Below are positions 11,101 through 23,743 of a stretch of 47,398 nt of DNA, piece after piece. Source of the stretch: Intoshia linei (taxonomy: Eukaryota > Animalia > Orthonectida); NCBI GenBank assembly GCA_001642005.1, contig LWCA01000148.1, positions 1-47,398 of the forward strand, given 5' to 3'. The translations under genes were made by a program, and so were the position numbers. Position 1 is the stretch's first letter; every line of letters starts with the position of its first letter. The notes beneath the pieces were generated by a model. The model did no database searches, had not been told where the DNA came from, and saw only the letters and a list, made by a program, of their open reading frames with translations.

Positions 11101-14100
11101 ACACTTTTTTAAAAATTCTGAAGGTTAAGTATTCTTGTTTATCAATGTATATGTTTTTAAAGTTATAATGAAATGTATAGAAATTTACCACTGCCCTGTT
11201 ATATACAAAATATTTAATGAAAATAGTCATATAGTAGCAATATCAACTTCTGGAAATGTTTACAACTATAGTGTATGATTTTATATTTATGTTAACTGTA
11301 AATTTACATGCAAATATAGGCAATAGAAAAACTTAACATTAAGCCCAACTACTGGAAAGATTTGATCGATGGAACCGATTTTACTCGCAAAGATATTATT
11401 ACTCTTCGACACCCAGATGCACCCGAAAAATTTAATTTTGTCTCTTTTCACCATGTCAAAAATAAAATGGATGGTTACAAAAAAAAAGGTTTTTATTTTT
11501 TTTATTCTTGTAAAAAAATTATTTTAGTTGATAATAATCAAATTTTGAATTTTGTCAATTCTGAAACTAGTGACACGTTGGCTGAACTCAAATTATTTAA
11601 TCCAGAAGTATTATATTTGTTAAATTTATTTATTTTTATTTATTCTAGAAAATTATTCAACCTAAAGAAATTCAAAGCGATATTGTTAATAGGGTAATTA
11701 TTTATTTTTGTACTTGTCATTGTTTATCCAATTTTTTTGAAATATTTGGTATCGTCTAATTTTGAAAGCAGATTTAATAAAATTTATAAAGTCTTGTCGT
11801 ATAACTCGACCGGCACTTATCTGTCAGTTAATGTTTTAAAAATATTTTGTCCGCATTTACGAGTTGTATAGTTTGGTATAGTACAATTTTGAAAAGTACG
11901 GTATTGTATATTAACAGTTTAGGCTAATTATTCTACTGGCAAAGCATCAATGTCTTTTACCTCAACTGCCGTTGATGCTTACACGAAAATTGAACCAGGT
12001 ATATTATTGAACAGTAAAGTATATATATTGTAAATTAGAAATATCAATCTTTTTTTCTATCTTCACCCCGAATATATTTTTCATTTTTTGTAAAAATTTG
12101 GGAATGTATTCAGAAAGTTTGAACTTTAAAATATTACGCTTTTAAAAATTTAATTTTGGTTTACTTTTTATTCAGCTTTAATGGATTTTTTATATTTATG
12201 ATGGATGAGTGTGGAATTTTTATTAAATATTTTTGTTAAGATGGTTAATTAATTAAAGTGAGATAATCATATTTTGTAATAACAAAATATTCTAACTTTA
12301 CTAGTAATCGTCATAATGTATCTATTTTTTTAATTCTCATCGGTCCATATGGGTTTCAAGTTGAAGCCCTTAACCGACCACTTTTTGATAACGACTAGTA
12401 TAGTTTGTTTATTTGCAAAACCGATTTAAATTATTTTACCCTTATATTTATTTTTTAGCAAAAATGGACGAAAATTACATTCGCTATTCTAGAATAACAA
12501 GCAAGGCATATGTCAGTTTAGTGACTAATTATGGAGATTTAAATTTAGAACTATATTGCACCAAGGTATACTGATTTAAATTAAGTCTTAATTGTTTCTA
12601 TACATTAGGCTCCAAAGACATGCGAAAATTTCATAAAATTGTGTGAGTCGAAATATTATGACAATGTCATTTTTCACAGATCCATAAGAAATTTTATGGT
12701 AATTTGTAGCTATAATGTACAAAAACGTTTTATTATTATTTTGTATTTAAAGTCACTAATAGACAGTCTTTGTTGAAAAATAACTTATTTTATATTACAA
12801 CTAGGTGACTGTTATGTACTACATACAAGCAGCACCTAGCTCTGCCGAGGGCGGACTTTTTCCAATTCTACCCAAAAAATAAATTTAATTAGAAAATCTA
12901 ACTTAAAAATATTATTATTCACTATTATCATCAATCCTTTATTAAAAATTATTTTTCACTGGGAATGCGTGAATTTTTGGGGTTGAAATTTTGCATTTAT
13001 ATTAACTGAAATAAGCTGTATCAGAATAAATTTTTTTGTAATTGTAGGACCGTTAATTATTTAAATTTTTTTTGTTTTAATAAAATTGTTAAAAAAATGG
13101 GAGGTTTTTTATTTTTCATTATTTAATTTCTACGACTGTCTATTTTTTAAATGTACGGTAACACATACATACATTCAATTTTATATAAGTAAAGGATTAC
13201 TGGATTTGATGTTGATGAAATATTTATTTAGATTCAATCTGGTGATCCAACGGGTACCGGAAGTGGAGGTGATTCATGTTGGAAAGGAACCTTTGATGAT
13301 GAAATTGTTAAAGAATTTGAACATAAGGGTCGTGGAGTTTTATCCATGGCTAACAGTGGTCCAAATACCAACAGATCACAATTGTAATATTTAAAATAAG
13401 CCTTCAATAATTGTGTAAAAAGGTTCACGTCTTGATTATGGCGTTTTTATTGATTGTAAATGACAATGTATAGTTTGTTAAAAAAATTTAGTAACCTATT
13501 TTTAATTTTTTGGTGGCCTTGAGCTGGGTAGGTCGGCTCTGTAAATATGGACGATTACCGATTTCAGTCAAAAGAAATATAAAACCCATTATTTACGTTT
13601 GTAATATCATTAAATTTTACCCAAAAATAAATAAATATCAAATAATGGTTTTTGTTAAAAAATTTATTACTATTATTACATTTTTAATCCACCAAATATT
13701 TAAGTATAAGCATACCTAGATGTGGACTAATCTGAATATTTTTAGTTTCATCACATTTCGTTCTGCCATGCATTTGAATGGTAAACATGCTATTTTCGGA
13801 AGGTAAGTTTTCTGGTAACGTATTATATTATAATATAGATTAGTAGGTGGTTTTCCAACCTTAACAACCATGGAAATGATTAAAACCGACAAAGATGACC
13901 ACCCAAAGGTTTATTTTTTATAATGTAATTAGACCCAGACATGGTTTTTTATTTGTGGTGAAACTGAATATTTACGCTTAAAAATTGTTAACATTGGTAT
14001 TTTCAATGAACATTGTTCATATCCCTTTACTTTAAAAGATTTAAATGTTAGATTAGACGAGGGTTCCCAAAGTTTTTTCTAACGCACGGGTAATTTAATA

Positions 14101-14757
14101 TATAATTTTTCAGTCCACTAAAACGAAATTACTGGGAAACATTTTAAAAACATCAATATAAATTTAATAATTATTATTGTATTTCAATTTTTAAAATATT
14201 TTCCACGGCCGGTAAAATTATTTCAATGACCAGTATATGGGAACCTCTGAATTAAACAAGTTTTATATATTTTTATTAGAAATCTGTGACTCTATTCATT
14301 AAAATTAAAATAATGTACATTACTTATTGTATATTGTAATTTAGAAAACAATAAAAATTTTATCAACCAACGTTTTTAACAATCCGTATGATACTGTTGA
14401 TGCAGAGGTTTTTAATTTCATTTATCAAAATAAATGTACAACATTAATCATAATTAACCATATATAAAGTTTAATGCTTCAAATTGCATTTGAATTGAAA
14501 TTTAATACAGATATTTAGATTGCAAATATTAGAGAAGAGGAAAGATTGAAAGTTGAAAAAGAGTTACAAGTAAAATTGGCAAATAAAATAAAAGTGAAAC
14601 GAAAGGATCAATCTAAAAAAGGCATCGGCAAATATATTCAATTTAAAAAGTAGTTTATATTAATTCAAATAATTAATTAAATAGACCCCAAAACATGCAA
14701 CCAAGTACAAACAAAAAGATTGTTGGGAAAAATCAATTGAATGATTTTAGTAAATAG
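8190..14757 (+). CDS. PPIL2: U-box/cyclophilin PPIL2 (Cyp60)
   Basis: [11 protein letters not shown]|YLTNTEW; HPVTGK; [10 protein letters not shown]; cyclophilin FHRSIRNFM|[30 protein letters not shown]|FITF; GIGKYI; NDFSK*. Confidence 0.97.
9325..10278. mobile_element. hAT-type non-autonomous element with nested debris (PPIL2 intron)
   Basis: TIRs CAGAGGTGGGAAAG / CTTCCCCACCTCTG; flanks CTTTAGAG / CTCTAGAA (6/8). A second hAT-like end lies at about 10170-10204. Confidence 0.75.
10285..10550. repeat. Dispersed repeat, inverted homolog of ~33340-33585
   Basis: Shared CATAATCATC...TACTAATTTAT and TTGGTAGG / CCCTAC blocks. Confidence 0.65.
10560..10990 (-). mobile_element. Helitron-like non-autonomous repeat
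   Basis: Inverted homology to 34540-34875 (GACCGTGAAG.CGT.ACTT...TAGGGCTG). Minus-strand start ACTTATATAATATGC...TTTGTTTGTCTGTGTG resembles Helitron 5' microsatellite ends. Confidence 0.55.
12826..13181 (-). mobile_element. Helitron-like non-autonomous element (~355 bp)
   Basis: 5' TACTTATATAAAATTGAATGTATGTATGTGTTACCG (same end at 19431, + strand). 3' GC-rich hairpin CCTCGGCAGAGCTAGG followed by CTTGT (cf. CTRR-T). The 3' part recurs at 41740-41835. Confidence 0.6.
14059..14249. mobile_element. hAT-type MITE
   Basis: GAGGGTTCCCA / TGGGAACCTCTG ends; flanks GATTAGAC / AATTAAAC. Confidence 0.6.
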
Positions 14758-14844
14758 TAACTTGTAATAAAACAATTGTATATTTGGAATCATTTATTAA
14801 AATATGTAATATAAACATTGATTTACAATTATTCTATATTTATA

Positions 14845-17800
14845 TCAATTTACAATCTCTGTAGAAATACTTGACACACTTTCCTTGGAACCAGTTCTTC
14901 GTAAAACACTAATAATTATATTTATAAAACATCATTATGAAATATATACCATAGTACAGACGTAATTATTGCACAACATACTACAAAACTTCCAATTGAG
15001 ACTGAAATTATAAATGAAAGTTTCTTTGTGAAATCTAAAATTAATTAGTAAATAATATTAATATGTTGTATAATAAAATTACGTTGTGTTATAGGAGTAA
15101 GTGAAGTGTCAGCTGCACTTCCTAAAATAAAATAATAAATAAAAAAAATTAAATTTACTTAAATTTGTTTTTGGGCAATCAATATTTGAATAATCCCAAA
15201 CATCATCTTCGCAACGTACTGTAAACGTTTTGTTTTGGGAGTCACATCTTACTGATGCATACTTGCGTGTTCCAAAAACAACATGAATATCTTTTATATT
15301 CAAAGACCCACATCCGGAGGCTAAAATTATTATTTACAATAAAGCATTAATTTTAAATTTACTTTTGATTCTGAGCATAATTATATCATCTGTTTTATTA
15401 TTCGCTGTATACTCAATTTTGTGAGCAGTATGATTTGTGTCGACCACATTATTCCAATTTTCTTCGGTTGGAGTAGTGTTAACCATATCGAGCTTTTCGT
15501 TACCGTAAATATCCTTTACAGAGAATTTTCCAATTTTATGAAAAGATTTTGTGTAAACATCCATAGTCAACATTTTTAGTTTTGGTACTTCAAAATTTAC
15601 GTCTTTGTTGGGCAAATTTGTATAGTAAACATTGTTTGGTTCGTTGTTGGATTTTACGATTAAATCGATCAATTCAGAAAATTTGAAAACTATTTTAAAA
15701 TTAATATATAAAAAATTTCTTAAAATTACATTTTACACATTTGTGTTGAGTTTTCATGTGTAATGATAGATCCGAATTGCAGTTTGGAAAGATTCTATCA
15801 TGATTAACTGTGCTTACTGAAAAATTACAAGATTCTTTGAATGAACATTTGTCATCCACGAATTGAGTGACATCATTTGTACATTTTTGGTCTAAAAATT
15901 GCTTCATGCATTTTGATTCTTCAAATCTTCCCCATTGTGCGGCAACTATCTCTATTATCTCGTTATTTGAGCAACGTATGTCTAATGATTTCGTGTTGCA
16001 TGTTAATGTTTCAATTACTAAATATTTATCATTATAAAATATTACTGACTTGATATTAAATTATTAAACCAACAAAGTTTTAATTAAAGATGTGCCGTCA
16101 TATACAGAACATTTACTTTACAAATCGGTTCACATATTAAAATTCTTTATTTATTAAATTTTATACAAACCTAATCATTGTTTTGTTTTTTATATATCCA
16201 ATGTATATTATACATTTTAATTTTTACTTATTCGTCAAATAGAAACTTATATGGATTTATGGTTGATTATAAAAAAACGAGGCCCATTAGGGATATACAA
16301 TTATAATAAAAAATTGTATATTATAATACATAATTGAAAATTTTGATGTAATTATGACATTAGTATTAAATATTGATTGGGTCTAATTTTAAATTAAGTA
16401 ACATAATACATATCATAAAAGAATTCGATTCTCAAATAAGAAATTAAATTTTCAATAGAGAAGATTAAATCATGTATAATATTATTAATATATAACCATT
16501 GTATAGTAGTTTTTCCGAAATTAAAAAATTAATTTCTTTGACATGTCATGTATGAATTTATTACCCACGAATATGAATAAAGCATGGTTAAAATATAACA
16601 ATACATTAAGTTTTTGGTATTAGTACGTGAAAATATATACCTCCGTATAAAATTTAAAAGCTTTATCATTTATTGATGAACAGCGGCTATCAAAGGATCG
16701 AATTTTTATAATTATTTCATTCAAAATTTTTGTTTTTTTAACTTTAAAAATTGATTGAATTTTTTTAAAGTATGAAATTTTCATCTTTTATTGCAATGCA
16801 TTATAATGTTTATGGTTTTTTGTTTATTTTTTCATTTACAAAAACTGTGTATCTATTAATTACAATAATTTACAGAACCGAACCGTTAATCTATTTCTAC
16901 AGTTATCAAATTACATAAGATTAGATCACTAAAAAATTGGAAAATTAAACAAATCTGGTTCTTGAATGATTCTTCTCAATATATTAATTATTTCTATAAC
17001 ATTTGATCTAGATTCTAGACTTTTTGATTTGATTTTGGATGCGTTATATTTTTTTAAAATTATATACATTTGTCCTTGACATAAAGCACACCATTTTACA
17101 AAGGGTACACCATAAACTTAATATCAATAATAATTTATTATCACAAAATGTACATTATCCATGTTCAATCAACCGAAAAATTTATACTACCGCTGCCTTA
17201 AATAAATATTTTAGATAAATTTACCGAAAACAAAGATTTATAACATTTTGAAATACAATGTTGTTTATAGTAAATTAATAAAGTATAAAATATTTTAATT
17301 AACGTTAAAACAATTTATCAATGGAAATAAATGGTGTATTTATTGTTAAAAACAAACCACTCCAACCGTATAACTAAAATAACTCAACCGATAAATAAGT
17401 TAATTGATCATTAAGCTTATAAACGTGTAAATTGTTTAACAAACATTTTCAACTTTTCAATCCCATTCTAAAAAATCAAAAAACCTTTTATATTACCATT
17501 CCACGAAACAAAAATTAATAATTACAATCTTCAAGAATAAAATATTTGCAATACCATGTATCTGGTCAAATTAATAATGAGAATATAAACAAATAATAGG
17601 ATAATCTCAGTTAGACTATTACACATTTTCAGTTTCAAAATCAATGAATATAAGAAAAATCTGTGTTACCGTTACAAAAAAACCACAGATTTTTAATTGC
17701 ATTCATGTCATAATTTTGTTTATAGATGTATCTTGTTTTGTGTTTGACACACTCCCTAGCAAATGTCAATTTTAATTTATTCCAAAAAATTATCATGTAC

Positions 17801-19723
17801 TTTGTATCAATTAAAAACAACGTGCGCCTTTCGTATAAATCAAGTCTTAAAATTTAAAATACTCTTAAATTAAATTAAATTAAACATAAATTTGGATATT
17901 TTCAAGTTCAATTGTACGATTCTATACCAGAATTGTTCAAAATACCGATTAATCAAAAATATTCAATTTAGTTGCTAAAATTCTGTTTTTATCATTATTG
18001 AACAGTTCAACCAATTAAAAAAAACATATTATTTTAAAAAGGGAGACCCGCAGATTTTAAAAAGTAGTTACCAAAATGGTCGTATTAGTGTCGCCATTCG
18101 TAAAAATATAGACTATTTTTTTAACATTTTCTATGAATTAATTTTGAGAAAAATTCTTTAAAAATATTATTATAATGTACAATGTAACATTAATGTTAGT
18201 TTAGATTTTAAATTTTTTATCGATAAATTTGATTTTTATCGATTCCCAGCACTAGTCCATATAAACACGTCAGTCATAAAAATTGTATGTTTATATGTTA
18301 TATTTATATGTGTCTTTTTTCACTTTACTCTTTTATCATGGACCGGTAATTTCATACTTAATTTTTCAAAACGACGTTTAGTGATCCGCGAGCATGAATT
18401 TGGAAACCGCTGTTACTGTATTTACTAAGTATGCTTTGTTTTAAAGATCCACCAATTAAAAAAGTTTGACAACTTAGACCCCTAACGTTACATGAAACAC
18501 TTTATGAAAGTGTTTGCTCCTATGTTGATAAATATAAAAATTAGTGAATTTTAGAATCCAAAGATATTGAAAATAAATTAGTATGAATGGTTGCATCACA
18601 AGTAAAATATTAAATTACATCTTGAGATTTTAAATGTAAATTTTTGACAATTCGTAAATTTTTCATAATAAAATTTTAAAATATTGATTATTGTGGAATA
18701 AAATATATAAATTATACATTGGTAATAAGTGTATTGGTTAAATCAATACAAAATTAAATTTTTTAAAAACTAATATATAATATCTAATAATGAATAATAT
18801 ATGGAATATATTAACCGGATATGAAATTACACAAAATGAGAAAGTATATCGTATTAATTTAATTTAAAATTGTTTATAAATATTCACATTTGTCAATAAT
18901 GGAATGACATGGATAATACGGATAACGCACCGGATAGCATATATATAAAGGATTATACCTAATACCTAATACTTAATCCGGAAATACTAAATCCCCATTT
19001 AAAATTTATGCGCCATTTCATAAATATTTTTAATCGCATGGAATCCATGCGATAGCCAATTTAAAACGGTTTTAAAATAACTTCTTAATTGGTAAACTAT
19101 CATTTCAAATTATATTCAGTAAAAGTCGTATCATCCCATATGAAAAATTATTACATTTCATGTCATGAATCATGTATTATATATTCCATATAAATTTGAA
19201 TAATTCAGCCACATTATACAAGTCTACGTTTGGGTAACATTTACATGCAAAAACAAAATTTGTATTACAATCGAAATCTTTACTGCATTACTGAATATAA
19301 AAATTCAGATAATTAAAAAAATCATAGCAATACTATTGGTAGTACTTACCACCTCCAGTATTGGTAGTAAGTATTACCACCAGTCAATTTCGAAAATTCA
19401 ATAAACCACATAAGAGAAAATTTTATCCTTTACTAATATAAAATTCCATGTGTTACCGTATATTTAAAAAATTAGCAGTCGTAGAATTTAAAAAACTCAA
19501 CTTCTAATACAGTTTTTCGCAGGGGTGTTGATATCTATTTTTAAGTTTCCGAATTTTAGTCTTCAGGGTCAAAAACCTAATTTTCCCTTTTGTCATTAAT
19601 AAAATAACTCAAATTGTCAAAGATGGTTCATTTATTAAAATAAAATGTGAAAAAATTACCTCCTTCAGCTTGAGTCAGATGAATCCCAATATAGCAAATG
19701 AGCAAATAAACGATAGATTTCAT
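14845..19723 (-). CDS. Type I membrane protein: signal peptide, SUEL (Gal/rhamnose) lectin domain, CUB-like and sushi-like regions, TM, short tail
   Basis: Exon 1 (19723-19660) MKSIVYLLICYIGIHLTQAEG, phase 1, joins the phase-1 acceptor near 16017. SUEL motif C..LDIRC..EIIEIVAAQWGRFEESKC...CTNDV...CSFKESC...C...HKCV. TM LSFIISVSIGSFVVCCAIITSVLW; tail RRTGSKESVSSISTEIVN*. Confidence 0.8.
19431..19620 (+). mobile_element. Helitron-like 5' fragment
   Basis: TACTAATATAAAATT...GTGTTACCGTA.ATTTAAAAAAT...CAGTCGTAGAA matches the reverse complement of 13120-13181. Confidence 0.6.
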
Positions 19724-21759
19724 TTTGATTGTAAAACTAGAGTAATTAAATTGACGTAAATCTTTAAAATTAAAAACAATAATGAATAAACTGGACAATG
19801 TGTTAATCTCAATTAATTATAAAATAGCTGAAAAGACAGTAGAGCAAAAGAATTGTTTACAAGTTGATGTACATTGTACAATCTTGACTGCGGAATTATG
19901 GCTGACTACTGAGCAGTATTCTCCAATAGATTAATATTGATAAGGCTCATATCAAGAGCCAAATAAATAAATCTACAGTGCCTATTGCTGCAAGAGCCTC
20001 AAACTAAGAATTAAACTTTAAGCACTATGAGACATTGAAATTTAAATGATAATGAAAATTTTAAACATTCAAAATGTCTGCAACTAAATACCAACATTAA
20101 TTAATTCGATCACATAGTAAAAAATAATATTAATTAATTAACATACCAATATTGTTTGCTGTCAAGTTAAAACGTTTGTAATTGCAATTAATTAAAAATA
20201 AAAATCCAAGGTTAATGGCGATTTAAAATAGTTTATGCATGAGTGATAATAACTATACGAATATGTACAATTAAAATGATGAAATTACCTGTTACAATCA
20301 ATTATCAATATCGCGCCAATCATTGGCTGGGATACATGATATAATTGATAAAATATCTAAGCAACATTGAATATTACCTGTTGTTTTTATGGCGCAATAA
20401 AATGTCCATTGTCAAATAGTTAAAAGGTTTAATGGAATTGTTTCGTTTAAATTTAAATCTTTTAAATATTATGCACAATTGTTATTGTAAATTAAATTTG
20501 GAAACAATTTATGCTTAAAATTTATAACCTTTGGGCTCAAAAATGTTGAAATGTATAAATTGATTATTTTAAATGCAATTTATTTAGGCACGAGATAATT
20601 ACAAAGATGGTTCACTAAACAAATTATGAATACAAATTGTAAAACAGACGGTGCACCATTTTGTTAAAGTTTAATTGACAGTAGTCATTTTTATACTCCT
20701 AATTATATTTTGAGTATAGCAATTTTCAAAATGTATCGGTATAATTTTTTGTGAAGCCACTTCATCAAAAAACAGTAAGACAATTTGATTACAATTTCTA
20801 GAAAATAATTGAATTGCATTTTTGTCAATGTGCTCGCATGTAATTGTCTAATATAATTAAATTTCATTTAATTGGATATTACATGGCATTGATTCATACA
20901 TGACAAACGTGACATTGAAGAATATGGGAAGATGTTGACCTTATCTTGAAAAAAGATTGATAAATATCCATCATAATTGGATAAAAATGTATTTATTACA
21001 ACAATTTATTGCGAATTTAAAATATTTATCATGACATGTACAAATTGATTCATTTTTTAACCTTATTCAATTTTATCATATCTACGTACAAATGGAAATG
21101 TGGTTGATTTGAAATATTATTTTACTACCTCTTTCTAAAAATCAAAGTCAGCTGTTGCGTCCCGAGAGAAAATTGATTGAGCATTGTTATATACCATACT
21201 TCAATATACCCAATTAACAAAAATACTTGGAAGCATTTCAAATTATAAATGACATATTTATAAGTGATATACACCCGGAAACGGTCTACTGGGACAGTTT
21301 AATTGATATTCAATACTCTACATGAGGCTTGTGTCTTAATTCATATTCTATAGAACGAAAATGCAACGAAAAAATTAATAACAATCTATAATTATTTCAT
21401 GCGTAACTAATAAGTCTCAGCTATTTTTTAACCAGAAAGTTACTATAGATTATGAAGATAATACACACTTTTGTTGAATATCACTTTGAAGTAATTGCCT
21501 TGTGGCATTGAATTAATATTTTATTCATCTTTCATATTTAGTTTGGTGTTTACATGAGGGAAAAATGATTGCATTAATTTTTCATTGTAATCTAAAATGA
21601 TGAATTAAATTCAGTGAATATAATAAATGCAACAATTAATTTACCAGTTCTAAATCAGACATTACCATAAAAAACACTTTAAAAAATATCTGGTTAATTT
21701 TAATTGGTGAGGGACGACTGAACAATAAAAAATAAATTATTATGGATACACTGTACTTG

Positions 21760-22042
21760 TTCCAGACAGTTCCGAATCGATCGTACAACGACGCCTCTTC
21801 GGGGGAGGGGTTATTGAACATTACAAATTTTTTATAAAATGGGTCCGTTATTTTTTCAAATTGAGCATTAAAAAATTACATTCTTCAATATCAACTATTT
21901 TGTTGCTAAATTGAAAATGCCAAGTCAAGAGTCTTAGAGAGGTAGCTAGAGCTGTATGACACTACGTATCGTGTGTGACTTTTTTAATACCCCAATTTTC
22001 ATTTTCTGGTGTGGCCTCGAGCTTGGTACGTTCAGATCTGGG
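21760..22042. repeat. MITE-like family A copy
   Basis: Colinear with 4540-4740 and 34945-35135. Confidence 0.7.
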
Positions 22043-22367
22043 TGCAGGCACTTATACCTTGATATGACACGGAAAAACTTTTACACTCGATGTTTTCTAT
22101 TTGTTTTTCAAGCTGATACGAGATTTTTTCATGAATTTGTAAATGTAATTTTTTTAGATTAAGTAATTTTAAAAAATTGAAAAAAGGACAATCTCAATAG
22201 TAGTTAAGTAAACACTGCTACAAGTTTATCAATGATCATATAACTCTGAAACGGATACGACGTGTGTAGTTCAAATATTTATTTATAAGTGTGTAATGAT
22301 TTCTTTAATGTGATCCAATTTTAATATCTGTACTGATTTCATATCATTGATGTTCAGTCATTCATAT

Positions 22368-22549
22368 CAGTGGTTCCCGATTCAAATAGTGTACGAAACC
22401 CCTATTTAATTTTTTTTGGACACTATAGGAAAGATGAAATACAAAAAATTTATGAAAAATAAGTTAAAGTTTTTTCCTCATAAGTAGGGCAATTTTTATT
22501 GCCACCTTTAACATTGCCATTTACCAGGCACCTCAAACGGGAACTACTG
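22368..22549. mobile_element. hAT-type MITE
   Basis: TIRs CAGTGGTTCCCG / CGGGAACTACTG. The TSD is poorly preserved. Confidence 0.6.
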
Positions 22550-22658
22550 TATTACACATACAAATATCTATATCGAAAATACATCGGATACAGAGCATGA
22601 TTTACCGTTAGAGACGATAAAAATTTGGATCGGATTAAAAATTTTTTAAATGACGCTA

Positions 22659-22961
22659 CTGTCTTTTCTCGATTATAAGAAGTCTTCTTATATTCAAAAG
22701 TAAAAGGTAAAATGCTTATAATCAAAAACAAGCAGACTTTTAAGCAGACCTTGAAAAAAATAAAAAATATAAAAAAAAGTTTTTTTCTAATTAGTATAAA
22801 CTTATAAATTAGACATTCTATTGTAAGAAGGAAGTTATTTTTTGTTTAAACTTCTTTCTTTCGAATACAAGCAGAAACTGCTTATATTCAAATTTTATTT
22901 AGTTAAAAATTTCACTGAAAATTTGTATTTCAGGGGTCTGCTTATAATCGAGAAAAGACAG
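22659..22961. mobile_element. pogo/Tc1-type MITE (303 bp)
   Basis: Perfect 21-bp TIR CTGTCTTTTCTCGATTATAAG with TA on both sides. Confidence 0.9.
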
Positions 22962-22993
22962 TAGACATGGCCGGACAATAAAAATTTGTAATG

Positions 22994-23181
22994 CAGGGAT
23001 TTCCAAACTTTTTACCTGGGACCGGTAATTTGACATTAAATTTTACGCGCAACTTAAAATGTAATTTCTAGTAAAAAGGTTGTCAAACGTTGTAATACTA
23101 GCAATGCATAACTACCCTACTTTTTTACGTTACATGTTCAATATTGAATTTTTCCTGTAAATCTGTATTTGGGAACCGCTG
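22994..23181. mobile_element. hAT-type MITE
   Basis: CAGGGATTTCCAAA / TTTGGGAACCGCTG; flanks TTGTAATG / CTGTAGTG. A related fragment is at about 18335-18412. Confidence 0.7.
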
Positions 23182-23743
23182 CTGTAGTGGACAAAGACCA
23201 ATATAAACCAGAAAAAATCGACCCATGAAAGTCTAGTAGGCCATCCTGATTTAAAATGCAAATCATATTACTGTTGATAAATTTATTCAGTTATGATGTA
23301 CTAATTATGACGCAGTCACAGTTCACCACCTATACTTGTATATTTATCTAAATTACCAATTGAATTTGTGTGAATATGTGATTGATCTTTATCATATACA
23401 TTATTGTACATTTCAAAAAATAAAAGGTATAATTTTTGTCTAAAAAAGAATTGAATTATCTAAATTTAAAAAATATGACAGTAATGGGTTGAGGTTAGGC
23501 CCTAATCATTAGTGATTGGAACGACTTAAAAAGCGAAATTAACTAATGAACTAGAGTCGAAAAATTATATGTGGGCCTCATTTTAGAAAGTTGTAACTAA
23601 ATCAAGGTCGCCACACTTTTTTTATCTAGGACCGTAATTTGCAAAATATTACATTTCAACAAATAGAAATAAAATTGTAGTGCTCCGAAATCTAATATTG
23701 CCGATATGAATAATTTGATGATCCATAATCTAAATCAAATGTG

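Noticed and set aside
16050-16110. Proximal first exon for the lectin gene
   Set aside because: The phase-compatible frame has an in-frame TAA and no ATG, so the distal signal-peptide exon fits better.
18790-18990. Short ORF pieces and TACCTAA repeats suggesting a nested gene or telomere-like tract
   Set aside because: Only 2-3 imperfect units, and no consistent splice path.
21636-21821. 61-aa minus-strand ORF as the PUS3 C-terminus
   Set aside because: Its 5' part lies in a family A repeat, and its frame does not match the phase-0 PUS3 donor.
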